A DNA stretch of 64,000 bases, from assembly GCF_032444005.1 (NCBI RefSeq), contig NC_091282.1:752494001-752558000 (forward strand), written 5' to 3'. Numbering within the stretch: position 1 is the stretch's first letter; the number at the start of each line of letters is the position of its first letter. The notes below the pieces were generated by a model. That model saw nothing but the letters and a program-made list of their open reading frames with translations. It was not told the origin of the DNA and made no database searches. The stretch is from Ranitomeya imitator (Eukaryota). The translations under genes and the position numbers were made by a program. Below, piece after piece: positions 50,074-63,079 of this stretch.

Positions 50074-50269
50074 GACACGTGCTTTTTTTTTCCTTTCAAT
50101 AAAACTTTATTAAAAACGCCGGAAGACATTATCACGTGACGAAAGTGCCGCGGCCGCCATATTGGATGAGGGAATGGTCCAGTGCTAAGGGCCACTTCCG
50201 GTGTTAGTGACGTGTTTCCGGGGCGCCTTTTTTCAATCTTGTAGTGTTTACATACATGGAGCCGGAGGA
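50074..50269. promoter_or_regulatory. FKBP3-FANCM bidirectional promoter
   Basis: 196 bp between the divergent ATGs. E-box TCACGTGA at about 50133, YY1 GCCGCCATATTG at about 50154 and ETS CACTTCCGG at about 50193. ZNF143-type ACTACAACTCCCAG (minus strand) at 49909-49922. Confidence 0.8.
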
Positions 50270-53200
50270 ATGAACGGGAAGCAGAGGACGCTGTTCCAGA
50301 CCTGGGGCTCTGAACCTAAGAGACCTGCGGACTCCGGGGCTAAAAAGAGGAGAGGGAAGGCTGCAAGCAAGGGCAGGAATGTGTGCTCCCAGGGGCCCCC
50401 TCCAAGGGCCAGTTCACAACCGTGGCCCCAGGAGGATGAGGATGATGACGTTTTGTTGGTTGCTGTGTATGAGGCTGAGCATGGCATAAATCAGGGTGAG
50501 GGCAGTGGTGGTGTACGTCCAGATCCAGATAGCTGTGATGGCGCCTCCTTGTGCCCGCCTCGTGCTGCCACCGACATCTGCAATCTGCCTGGCTTCGACC
50601 TGTCAGCTGGCAGCGTCTGGATCTACCCCACCAACTGCCCAGTGCGGGGGTACCAGCTGAGCATGGCGCACACGGCGCTCCTGCACAACACCCTGGTTTG
50701 TCTGCCCACCGGCCTGGGCAAGACCTTCATCGCCGCCGTGGTCATGTACAACTTCTACCGCTGGTACCCGTCCGGCAAGATCGTCTTCATGGCTCCCACC
50801 AAACCACTGGTGGCGCAGCAGATCGAAGCTTGTTTTCGGGTCATGGGGATTCCTCAGGCACACATGGCAGAGATGACGGGTAAGGAATCAGGGCGGTGAC
50901 CACCAGGAGCCGCACTTGTCATTCCACTGAACATTTTAGTCGTATAAAAAAATCACTTCCAAGAGGGATAGAAAGGTGAAGATGGGATTTAAAGGTGTAT
51001 TTCCATCTCCAGATCCTATCCCAATATGTAGTAGGTGTAATAATAATATTAGCAAATACCTCCATTAGAAATGTTGTATAGTTACTCTGATAAGCTATGT
51101 CTCTTTCCTCATGTGGAAGCATTGTCGGACCTTGGGTATCCATGGTTACGCATACTCATATAGTGACAGCTAGTTGCTAGTGGTTATAACCTTGAATCCA
51201 AAATCTACTGTAATGCCCTGGACATGAAGGTAAGCGACATAGCTAATCTGAAGAACTATACTACATTTCTAATTGGAGATGTTTGCTAATATTATTATTA
51301 TACCTACTACATATTGGGATAGGATCTCTGAGACAGGAATACCCCTTTAACTAAATTTTGTGAATTGTTTAAAGTCGCTTTTGAATAAGGTGAAAATATC
51401 TGAAAACTTCAAACTCCGCTTGTAATGAAGAACATAAAAAAAAAAAACCTAAACTGTCGAAAATGTGTGAAATAGATTTAAAAAAAAAAAAGCAAATGAA
51501 AAATGACAAAAACTAGACAACAAAAAGTGCCAATGGAATAATCAATCAGTCCCCAAAACTTTTCTATGGCTTGATATAGACTTTTTAACTCAACAGCGCC
51601 ATCTAGAAGAAAAAAAACCCATATGCCGCATATATTAGAATAGTATAAATTGGACAGCTGTAGTTTCCAGCGTTACTACCAGTCACAACCAACCTGTCTG
51701 ATCGGCTGCAGCGCCGTGGTCAATAGTAATGATGATGCCCAATTGTTACTTTATACTACGTTTCCAGGAGGAATAACAGAAGAACGTTGCCAGTTATTAA
51801 AAAAAAAATGGGTATGTAGCTTCTCCACACACCCCTATAATGTGTTACAGGCATGTGTCCCGGAAGTTGACCACCGTGGGTTGGTCTGATTCTGCCTGCT
51901 GGTAGTCGTACATGAGAAGGCGCCTGGTCAAGACCCCCTGTTAAACAACTTTTCCTAGGTTATAAAATACATATGACATATTTTTGGATTTAAAAAAAAA
52001 AATCATTTTTGTAATTGGGTGTCATTAAAACTGTTGTTCTGTTTGTCTTCTACGGCTTGTGTGTATCTCTGTACTGTGAGCGCTTCCTGACAGTTCAGGT
52101 CTGCAACCCTTATCTCCGCTTCTTATCCGATCTATGACCAAATCAAAGCTCTGCTTTCATCTTCTCAAAATTTAGCTTAGAAGATGTTGCAGGAGAAGAG
52201 AGATAAGTGTCACATACCTATACTGTCAGAATACGCTCACTGGCGGATTCGCCCATCCGCGCTTTGCTACGTACAGTGGATGTACAAGCCAACCCGCCGC
52301 CATCTTCTTCTGTTATCGGCGCCGCTCCAGTCGTACTCTGCTAGTTGTGACCTGCCAGATGGCGCCAGTGATTGCCAGGCGATGCGTGAGCCGCTTCTCT
52401 ATGACAGCCAGAATAATAGTCTCATAGACTACACTGAGAGCTTGTGACTGTTATCTCTGACTTCTCATCAGTCAGAAGCTGTGGTCACAAGATGGTTGTC
52501 CGGGACTGGAGCGGCGCTGGCAAGAGCTGAAGACAGATGCTGTAAGTGTAATACTGAGGTCAGGGTACAGACTTTAGTGATATTGCTCTGGGGTGAAATA
52601 AGACCAACAACAAATCTGTTAACAAATTTCTCAACACAATTTGCAGAAATTATTAGATACATTTCTTAGACCAGATGAGACCGGTGTACGCTTTTCAAAA
52701 AATCAATGTCTCTCTAATTCTTCCTGAAAGTTGTCTTAAATTTTGCGTTTTAATATCAGGTGGGGAAAGGGGTGATGCAGCCATGCGCGTATACATTTTC
52801 AAAGTAAGTACACAAGCCTCATTTGGTCTGAGAGGCAGATATATCTATCTGTCTCTCAGATCAAATGAGGCTTGTGTTCTTACTTTGAAAAGTTATGCCC
52901 GAATGTATTCATGTCTGCTCGTCACTTTCAAGATATTTCACATTAGATGCTACATAAATTATTTTATACATCTTAGACCTGATGAGGCTGGTGTACTTAA
53001 AATAAATAAATTAAAAAAAAAAACAAAAAAACATCAGAATGGCTGAATTATCGGTCCTTTGTGAAGTGTAAACTCGATCTCCCCCCTGTCTGATTGACAG
53101 CTCCTCAGTGTCCTTCCTCCCTGCTGCTGATTCTCCACGTATCCAGCACGAGTTATGGCTCCTTGGTGCCTCTTACTTATTTCTGCTGTAGTACACCTGC

Positions 53201-55140
53201 CTCATCAGATCTAAGACATCTCTTCAATACAGTGCACAGATGATAATCTAAAAAGTTTTGCCCTTTAACAACATAATGTGGATCAAGATGGTAACACTCC
53301 ATGACTCCGATGACTTGTTTATTACTTTGTGTAATCTTTCCTCACATTGTGAAGTCCTCTGCATCCTGTACCTGACTGCCGTATGTGTATTGTCTGTCCC
53401 TACAGGAGCCATCCAGGCTCATAACCGGAAAGGAATATGGCAGAAACATAGAGTCTTCTTCCTAACCCCACAAATCATGGTGAACGATCTTACCCGTGGC
53501 GCCTGTCCGGCCAGCGACATCAAGTGCCTGGTCATCGATGAGGCTCATAAGTCCCTTGGCAATTATGCGTATTGTCAGGTAAGCAGGAGCACAGTGCTTT
53601 CCTCTCACTGTATTTTCTCCTGAAACTGCAACAGTCTTTTCTTAGCTATTGCAGCATTGCTTTATTTACTGGAATGCAGCAATACCAGAAGACGCCTTAT
53701 GATCTTTAGGGGCGCTATTTCAGAGGGAAAATTAAAACTTTATTCCAATCTCTTTGAGTTATGCAGAGCTAAATTATTTATTCTTCCTTTTTTCCAGGTT
53801 GTACGAGAGCTGAGCAATTATACCACACAGTTTCGGATCTTGGCTCTCAGCGCCACGCCTGGCAGTGATACCAAGGTGAGCATATGCCATGTCTGGAGTA
53901 TGGAGTGTAGTAGGTCACACATGGACCCTTCTATACCTAAGCCAAACGGCTCACAGTTGAGTGCTGTATCCAGACTGGCACAGATCCTGCTATCTCCTGG
54001 TGGTCACCTGACTTTGTCACATTGCAGCTGCAGCCCTCCCCCTGCGATCACTGATCGGCTGCAGCCCCCCCTGCGGTCGCTGATCAGCCGCAGCCCCCCC
54101 CCTTTGCGGTCACTGATCGGCTGCAGCCCCCCCTTCTGCGGTCGCTGATCGGCTGCAGCCACCCCCTTCTGCGGTCGCTGATCGGCTGCAGCCACCCCCT
54201 TCTGCGGTCGCTGATCGGCTGCAGCCACCCCCTTCTGCGGTCGCGGATCGGCTGCAGCCACCCCCTTCTGCGGTCGCTGATCGGCTGTAGCCACCCCCTT
54301 GCGGTCGCGGATCGTCTGCAGCCCCCCTCCTTGTTGTCGCGGATTGGCTGCAGCTCCTCCTCTGTGGTCGCGGATCGGCTGCAGCCTTCCCTATTCTCTT
54401 ACAACGGAAATCCGCCATGATGGAATAGTGAAGGCTGTGGCTGCTGATTGGCTGCAGTGGTCACGTAATGTAACGAGGACTCAGGAGCATCGCCCATCCG
54501 GGAGGTTATAGTGCAGATTTTTTTTTTCTTTGATTTGATTAGCGCAAAACTCTGTGTCTGTTAACCACACCCTGTGTGACTTAAAGCCCTACTCCAGCAT
54601 TTTTTAATTATTAATTAAATGTAATTCCCCTGCCACCTTCTCATACTCGCCTGCCGCCACCTTCATCGTTTTCCACCATCTCTCCATCGTTCTCCGGCAA
54701 AAAGTGACCTGCCAGCAACTCCAGTGTTTCATCTGAGCGTCTCGTCCTGCCTCTCATAGACGTGCATTGAGCTCGAGCTCTTGTCACCTAACTACTGACT
54801 TCTGGTAAGTCAAAAGTTATGGGCACAAGATGGCACGACGTCTGTAAAAGGTGGGAGAGAAGCAGACATCTGGTTCCTGAGCAGTGTAGTGCTCCAGCAA
54901 TGACATACAGAAGTAATGTTGTAATCTGAAAATTAAAGGGGGGTCTCTAAATCCTGTTTTTTTTTTTTTTTTTTTAAATAGTCTGTCCAGCAAGTTGTAT
55001 CAAACCTGCTGATTAGCCGGATAGAGCTGCGCTCGGAGGATTCCCCAGACATTCAGCCTTACTCCCATGAGAGGCAGCTGGAGAAGTTTGTGGTGCCCCT
55101 GGGAGAAGAGCTGGTAGCCGTGCAGAAGTCCTACATACAG
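50270..55140 (+). CDS. FANCM: FANCM DNA translocase, exons 1-4 (gene presumably continues beyond the window)
   Basis: Exons 50270-50879, 53406-53578, 53798-53875 and 54982-55140. Translation MNGKQRTLFQTWGS...NTLVCLPTGLGKT...LVIDEAH...LALSATPG...IELRSEDSPDI. I did not find exon 5 up to 64000. Confidence 0.96.
50993..51346. mobile_element. T2/Kolobok-like MITE (TTAA TSD) in FANCM intron 1
   Basis: TTAA|AGGTGTATTTCCATCTCC...GAGACAGGAATACCCCT|TTAA with long subterminal inverted arms. Confidence 0.8.
54030..54380. repeat. 32/33-bp GC-rich minisatellite in FANCM intron 3
   Basis: Unit GCGGTCGCTGATCGGCTGCAGCCACCCCCTTCT. Confidence 0.9.
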
Positions 55141-56829
55141 GTGAGCCCCGACCGCTGGCTGGTATGGAAGTCATGGACCTGTCACTGATGTGCTGTAAGG
55201 CTGGGGCTGCTCTGGACCGGTTCATGTAGCAGATGACGCTATTGCATACTATTGTACAGGCAGAACATTTGATGTGTTTTTGAGGATCATGTGCAGTCTC
55301 AAACTTTCTGTGAGATTAATAATGACCTCTCTGCTTGGGATTATGGGTTAGCTCTCAAAAAAGTGGTTGTTTTTTGTCACTTCCACATCAATAGCTGAGC
55401 TGTGCCGATGCCTTATTATCTATGCACACTTGCAGGGATGTGTGCACCATCTGCAGATATGTGTAGACGCAGCATCATGGACACCACTCGCCTCCTGATA
55501 CAGAAGTGAGAAGCATCGGATAACCTCTTTAAGTTTGTTATTCCTGATCTTTCACCACATTGGTGATTGAGTAGCTGACAAAGGTAGTATGGTTAAATGG
55601 AACCGGTCACCTTGGAAAATGCTGGTAAGTAGCGTCAGTGCTGATTGGACGCCTTACTGAAAGTGCAGCTACTGGGAGAAAATGAACTTGTTTCCTCCCA
55701 GGAGCCGCTGGCTTTTGGTTATGGGGACATGCAGAAAATGACTACAGTCATCACAGCACTGCTCACTATACTGCAGGCAGTGACTGTAAGCACTGCCCAA
55801 CACTTTCATTGACAGCGCTCTCTCCTGGGAGGAAATGATTTGTTTTTCTCTTGATAGCCACACTTTCAGTAATGTGGCCGGCCATCATTTTAATGCTATT
55901 TGCCTGCAGGTTGTTCCTACATCTGCAAATAGCAGTTTCCAAGGTGACAATTTCCCTTAAAAGGGGTATTCCCATCGAATATAGTGATGACCTTTATAAA
56001 CTGTGAGTGGCCTAAAGGTTGGAATCCGCTGATTATAAATGCCCTGACTGTAATTGGTGGGAATACCCCATTAAACTTAAGAATGAAGAGGCTGCAGTAA
56101 GGTGGAAATACCCCATAGGTCATCGATGGCATCTCTCAGACTGTATAGCCTGAGACATATCATGTCCTTCAGGGCACAGGTTTCCCCTGTTCGGTCTAGT
56201 GTACTTTCAAGTGCGCAGACCCTTTTTTCTTTATTTCGGTCACCATGTAATGGTGAATGCTCGGCCTCGGGGACTTCTCTTCATTACATCTCTTGGGTGA
56301 ATTATTTTTTTTTTAATTTTTATTCGGTGATGCTTATTAACATACTTTTTTACTGAATTATTGCACAAGTCGGCAGCTGCCAGGACAGATATAGTAGTTT
56401 TGTTGCCTCTGGGCTTAACCGGCGTATTCAGACCGCTCATCGGAGACCGTAAATTACGGGCATATGCGAGACATATACTTTCATAAAACATTTCACATGT
56501 CTCGGCTCCGGGACGCTCGCGATCATTCCAGGAAAGGGGCAGCAAAGCTGAAGAGAAGACTCAGACTCTCTATTGAGCTCATCATTCATCTGAGAGGATG
56601 CAGCCCCTGCCTCTTTGATCAATAAAGGGGTCTTAGCACCTGAACCCCCACTGATCAACAATGTCTGACATATATATTATGAAAATATATCTACACTTCC
56701 AACTTGTAATCTACATCCATTTAGAACGCCATTAATTATATAAAGGAGTTGTACATTTTCTGGAGGCAGAATAGAGATTCCACAAGCACGGTGTCGTATA
56801 TACATGTGCAACTCTGCCAAACTCTTTTC

Positions 56830-57075
56830 TGCTGTTTGGTGGTGGTCCGGAGTGAGGGTTCATATGCCTGACATTCATACAATGATAGACTATCCCAATT
56901 CTCATGCTCTACTGCTGGTCGGTGGTGGTCCTGAGGAAGTATCAAATACCTGACAATCACGCAATGATGGACTATCCAGATTCTCAGGCTCTTCTGCTGG
57001 TCGGTGGTGGTCCTGGGGAAGTTTCAAATGCCTGACAATCACGCAATGATGGACTATCCAGATTCTCGGGCTCTT
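56830..57075. repeat. About three copies of a ~75-bp degenerate tandem repeat
   Basis: Recurrent TGCTGGTCGGTGGTGGTCCTG...TGCCTGACAATCACGCAATGATGGACTATCCAGATTCTC. Confidence 0.75.
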
Positions 57076-57543
57076 ATGCTGACTGAGCACTAGAGAACAC
57101 CATAGAACTGATATATATTTTTTTTTCTGAATTTTAAATTTTTGTTTATATTCTCTGATGGTTTTTATAAGTTTAACAAAGCTGAATTTATTGTTACACA
57201 TTTATATCAATATTGTCCGCTCTTAGATGTTGTTCAGCTCTGCAAAAGTCGTCACTGAATAGGATTCTTCACATTTAAAATGTGTAGTGAAACGTGTCTT
57301 TAATGAAATTGAGGTTTCACTAGCAAATTTTAATTCCTGAGGATGTCCAGGACTTAGGTCATCAATATCAGTTCTGTGGAAGCTCTGACACCCGACATCA
57401 TCACCTAGCAGTTGTTTTGCGGCAGTCAGCAGGAGTAAGCAGTGTATGGAGCTGGAACAACACGCAGATCATGTACGGTACTGCAGCTCAGCATCCAGTC
57501 ACTTTAATGGGAGCTGGGCAGTAATACCCGGCAGCAAGCACTA

Positions 57544-59200
57544 CATTCCCTGACAGAAGTTATGTCGCTTATCCATGTTATGTAAATAAAAGCTTATAAC
57601 CTGACGTTAAATTCATCCATTGGTTGTATAAATTATTCTTTTGAAAGCTGAAACCCTCCAAAATGTGGTTTAGGTTAAGAAAATAAATTGGCGTCAATGA
57701 AGAAATATTGATCAGTTAATGGACACAGAATGGTTAGATTTTGGTCATATAATGCACCCAATCCTAGTTTACATCCTCACCTGTGCTCAGTAAATGATCG
57801 GTTAATTAGTGTGTGTATAAAAAGAAACACAGCATCCCAGACCTTCATTTGAACTGCAACTTGAGATCTGACAACATGCCAAAAATCCACCCTGCGACCA
57901 AAGCCTGGATTATCAAGAGGCTGAAGACCAGATCCACAGCAGAGGTGGCTGGCACCTTTTAATGTGTCTCAGCATCAAGTGCAAAGAATTAAAAAAAGAT
58001 TTGAATAGACTGGAGATGTGTTTGACAAGCTCAGGTCCGGCAGACCCCGCAAGACAAGTGCTCAGGAGGAACGTTTGTTGGTTAGAAAATCCAAAGCAAA
58101 CCCCTCTTCCACTGCAGCAGAGCTCCAACAGGCCTGGTCACCTCAAGTCCCTGTGTCATCTAGAACAGTTTGTAGGATTCTGTCTCTAAATGGCCTCCAT
58201 GGTCGAATCAGTGCCCAGAAACCAGCACTAAACAAAAGGCAAATAAAAAAACCATGTGGCATTTGCAAAGTCCCACGGCCTGCTAAATAGATGGACTCTG
58301 GAAAAGTGGCAGAAGGTGGATTTCTCTGATGAATCTTCAGTAGAATTACACCACAGCCGCCGCAAATACTGCAGAAGACCTACTGGAGCCTGTATGGATC
58401 CAAAATACACCCAGAAAACAGTTACATTTGGTGGTGGAAAGATCATGGTCTGGGGTTACATTCAGTATAGTTGTGTGCGAAACATTTGCAAGGTGGAAGG
58501 CAATATCAATAGCCTAAGAAGTATTAGCTATCTCTTATATTCCAAATCATAAAAGGGGTCAAATTCTGCAGCCGGATGGTGCTCCATCTCATACATCCAT
58601 CTCTACAACAAAGTTCCTCCAGGCAAAAGAAAAAAAAAAAAAAACAAGGTGCTCCAGGACTGGCCAGCCCAGTCACCAGACATGAACATCATTGAGCATG
58701 TTTGGGGTGAAATGAAAGAGGAAGCTTGGAAGACAAAACCAAAGAATCTAGATGAACTCTGGGAGGCATGTAAGACTGCATTCTTTGCTATTCCTGATGA
58801 CTTCATTAATAAATTGTATGAATCATTGTTTAACCGCATGGATGCAGTCCTTCAAGCTCATGGAAGTCACACAAAATATTAAATATGACTAATAGCACCA
58901 CAACTTCATTCACCAATGTTATGCAACATATATTTGTATTTTAAGTTAATTATTTGTGTGAATATCACATTAGTTTCTGTGGGCGATAAAACTTTTGTCT
59001 TGTCAAAATCTGACCATTCTGTGTCCATTAACTGATCAATATTTCTGCATTGATGCCAATTTATTTTCTTAACCTAAACCACATTTCGGAGGGTTTCAGC
59101 TTTCAAAAGAATAATTTCTACAACCAATGGATGAATTTAACGTCCGGTTATAAGCTTTTATTTACATAACATGGATCGACATAACTTCTGTCAGGAAGTG
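57544..59200 (+). mobile_element. Tc1 transposon with frameshifted transposase
   Basis: TIRs ...CCTGACAGAAGTTATGTCG / CGACATAACTTCTGTCAGGAAGTG|TA. Transposase pieces KLRSGRPRKT, FSDESSVEL, GGGKIMVWG and SPDMNIIEHVW (57877-58882). Confidence 0.92.
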
Positions 59201-59334
59201 TATACAGTATGCGGAGCAGTGTGGGTCTGATAACTGTGCTGGGTCTTGGACAAACCCTTTTAATATAATACACTCCTTGTTGAATTTCCATTTAACAAAT
59301 TATTATTATACTATATTGTTTTTTTTTTTTTTAA

Positions 59335-62300
59335 AGCAGGACGGAGGACAGGGGAGGGCAGGCTCCTGCTGCAGGCAGAATGGGACGGGGGGAGGGCAGG
59401 CTTCTGCTGCAGGCAGGATGGGGGGAGGGCAGGCTTCTGCTGCAGGCAGGACGGGGGGGGGGGGGGCAGGCTCCTGCTGCAGGCAGGACAGAGGATGGGG
59501 GGAGGGCAGGCTCCTGCTGCAGGCAGGATTGGGGGGACTGGCTTCTTCTGCAGGCAGGAAAAGGGGAGGGCAGGCTCCCGCAGCAAGCAGGACAGAGGAT
59601 GGTGGAGGGCAGGCTCCCGCTGCAAGCAGGACAGAGGATGGTGGAGGGCAGGCTCCCGCTGCAAGCTGGACAGAGGATGGGGGAGGGCAGGCTCCCGCTG
59701 CAAGCAGGACAGAGGATGGGGGAGGGCAGGCTCCCGCTGCAAGCAGGACAGAGGATGGGGGAGGGCAGGCTCCTGCTGCAAGCAGGACAGAGGATGGGGG
59801 AGGGCAGGCTCCCGCTGTAAGCAGCACAGAGGATGGGGGAGGGCAGGCTCCCGCTGCAAGCAGGACAGAGGATGGGGGAGGGCAGGCTCCCGCTGCAAGC
59901 AGGACAGAAGATGGGGGAGGGCAGGCTCCCGCTGCAAGCAGGACAGAGGATGGTGGAGGGCAGGCTCCCGCTGCAAGCAGGACAGAAGATGGGGGAGGGC
60001 AGGCTCCCGCAGCAAGCAGGACAGAGGATGGTGGAGGGCAGGCTCCCGCTGCAAGCAGGACAGAGGATGGTGGAGGGCAGGCTACCGCTGCAAGCTGGAC
60101 AGAGGATGGGGGAGGGCAGGCTCCCGCTGCAAGCAGGACAGAGGATGGGGGAGGGCAGGCTCCCGCTGCAAGCAGGACAGAGGATGGTGGAGGGCAGGCT
60201 CCCGCTGCAAGCTGGACAGAGGATGGGGGAGGGCAGGCTCCCGCTGCAAGCAGGACAGAGGATGGGGGAGGGCAGGCTCCCGCTGCAAGCTGGACAGAGG
60301 ATGGGGGAGGGCAGGCTCCCGCTGCAAGCAGGACAGAGGATGGGGGAGGGCAGACTCCCGCTGCAAGCAGGACAGAGGATGGGGGAGGGCAGGCTCCCGC
60401 TGCAAGCAGGACAGAGGATGGGGGAGGGCAGGCTCCCGCTGCAAGCAGGACAGAGGATGGGGGAGGGCAGGCTCCCGCTGCAAGCAGGACAGAGGATGGG
60501 GGAGGGCAGGCTCCCGCTGCAAGCAGGACAGAGGATGGGGGAGGGCAGGCTCCCGCTGCAAGCAGGACAGAGGATGGGGGAGGGCAGGCTCCCGCTGCAA
60601 GCAGGACAGAGGATGGGGGAGGGCAGGCTCCCGCTGCAAGCAGGACAGAGGATGGGGGAGGGCAGGCTCCCGCTGCAAGCAGGACAGAGGATGGGGGAAG
60701 GCAGGCTCCCGCTGCAAGCAGGACAGAGGATGGGGGAAGGCAGGCTCCCGCTGCACGCTGTCATGATCCCAATGGCAGGGGATCACAAAAAGGACAAGCA
60801 CAGATACAAACAAGCTCTAGGGCGATGGAACCTGAGCTGACCGCGACCCTGAACCTAACACACAAATAAAAGTAGCCGGGGAACGTGCCTACGATGATCC
60901 TAGACGTCTCGCTCCAGCCGAAGATCTAACTTCCCCTATCAGAAGAAACACAGACCTCTCTTGCCTCCAGAGAAATACCCCACAGCAAATAGCAGCCCCC
61001 CACATATAATGACGGTGAAATGAGAGGAAAGCACATACGTAGTATGAAAACAGTTTCAGCAAAATGAGGCCCGCTAAAGCTAGATAGCAGAGGATACAAA
61101 AGTGAACTGCGCGGTCAGCGAAAAACCCTTCAAAAAACCATCCTGAAATTACTTGAACTCATGTGCCAACTCATGGTACATGAAAAGCAATTTCAGCCCA
61201 CTAGAGCAACCAGCAGCAGAGAATCACATATCTGCAGGCTGGACTAAAAACCAAATTAAGCAAAACACAAAACAGGAAAATCCAAACTTAGCTTGTCCAG
61301 AAGGTTCTAGGAGCAGGGAGCAGAGGTAACAAGACACACTGGATACATTGATAACCGGCGAGGAAATGCCAGCAAAGCCAGGTTAAATAGGAAACTCCCA
61401 TATGCTGATGGAACAGGTGGAACCCAGAAACCCAGGAAAGACAAGTCACCCAGTACCATCAGTAACCACCAGAGGGAGCCCAAAAACAGAACTCGCAACA
61501 GCACGCAGGACAGAGGATGGGGGAGGGCAGGCTCCCGCTGCACGCAGGACAGAGGATGGGGGAGGGCTGGCTCCCGCTGCAAGCAGGACAGAGGATGGGG
61601 GAGGGCAGGCTCCCGCTGCAAGCAGGACAGAGGATGGGGGAGGGCTGGCTTCTGCTGTAAGCAGGACAGAAGATGGGGGAGGGCAGGCTCCTGGCAGGAG
61701 GGAGGGCAGGCTCCTGCTGCCGGCAGGACGGGGGGAGGGCAGGCTCCTGCTGCCGGCAGGACGGGGGGAGGGCAGGCTCCTGCTGCCGGCAGGACGGGGG
61801 GAGGGCAGGCTCCTGCTGCCGGCAGGACGGGGGGAGGGCAGGCTCCTGCTGCCGGCAGGACGGGAGGAGGGCAGGCTCCTGCTGCCGGCAGGATAGACGA
61901 CGGGGGGGAGGGCAGGTTCCTGCTGCTGGCAGGATGTGACGGGGGGGAGGGCAGCCTTCTGCTGCAGGCAGGACGGGGGGGGGGCAAGCTCCTGCTGCAG
62001 GCAGGCCAGAGGACAGGGGGGAGAACAGGCTCCTGCTGCTGGCAGGATGGGATGGGGGGGAGGGCAGGCTCATGCTGCAGGCAGGACGGGGGGGGGGGGC
62101 AGGCTCCTGCTGCAGGCAGGACGGGGGGGCAGGCTCCTGCAGCAGGCAGGGTGGGACGGGGGAGGCTCAGGCTCCTGCTGACGGCAGGATGGGACGGGGG
62201 GGGGCAGGCTCCTGCTGCAGGCAGGACGGGGGGGGGGCAGGCTCCTGCTGCAGGCAGGACGGGGGGGCAGGCTCCTGCTGCAGGCAGGGTGGGACGGGGG

Positions 62301-62450
62301 AGGCTCAGGCTCCTGCTGACGGCAGGATGGGACGGGGGGGGGGCAGGCTCCTGCTGCTGGCAGGACCGAGGGGGGGGGGGGAGACTAGGCTCCAGCTGCA
62401 GGCAAGACAGAGGACAAGGGGGGGGGGCAGGCTCCTGCTACAGGGGATGG
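59335..62450. repeat. G-rich minisatellite (39-bp core, 33-bp and degenerate flanking units) in FANCM intron 4
   Basis: Unit CTGCAAGCAGGACAGAGGATGGGGGAGGGCAGGCTCCCG, split by a solo LTR. Confidence 0.95.
60759..61500 (-). mobile_element. Solo LTR of a related Gypsy family
   Basis: TGTCATG...GCAACA termini with GCACGC duplicated at 60753-60758 and 61501-61506. Shares AGAAATACCCC..AGCAGCCCCCCACATATAATGAC and TTAAATAG with the LTRs at 815 and 5809. Confidence 0.9.
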
Positions 62451-63079
62451 GGTGGCGACGGCTGCAGGCCAGTGAGGAGGCGAGAAAACAGATTGAGTAC
62501 TTAGTTATAGGTTTCTCTTATTGTAAAATTAACCAAAAAGATAAATATAATATATATATATTTTTTATTTTTGAGCATTTTCCGAATTTTGGCAATCCTA
62601 CAAGGCTGCATTTATAAGTCCTCATGTAAGCGTATGAGTCTGTTAGTTTGGGTTAAGAGATTTTTTTTTTTTTTCATCTTTGCCTTCGGTTGAGGACTTT
62701 CTTGCTCACAGATTGGCCCTGATCAGGGAGTTACTATTTATGCAATTTCCTACTCTGTGCACCCCCTGAGCGGCAGCGGTGATATGGCTGTACAGAGGAC
62801 GCATGCCCAGGGCTACCAGATATGTCGACCTCTGTTTGCTCCCGACATGACCTGGTCCGCCAACCCATCACTGCACAAAGTCGAGTCTGCACATAAAGAA
62901 GCAGCGAGCGGCCGCGGCTCCAGGATAAAGCGTCCACAGTTTATTCCAATAAAGACTTTTCTTACAGCACAGTTACTAAAATATAATCTCACAAATAAAT
63001 ACATTTTGACGCACTTTACAGGCGGCGTATAGTAGCCTCTGTGTAGTGTTCATGTGTCTGATCACAAAAATTCTCCAGA

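Noticed and set aside
59277-62617. Many long ORFs on both strands (up to 530 aa)
   Set aside because: They are stop-free frames of 39- and 33-bp repeats within a FANCM intron, with no domain content.
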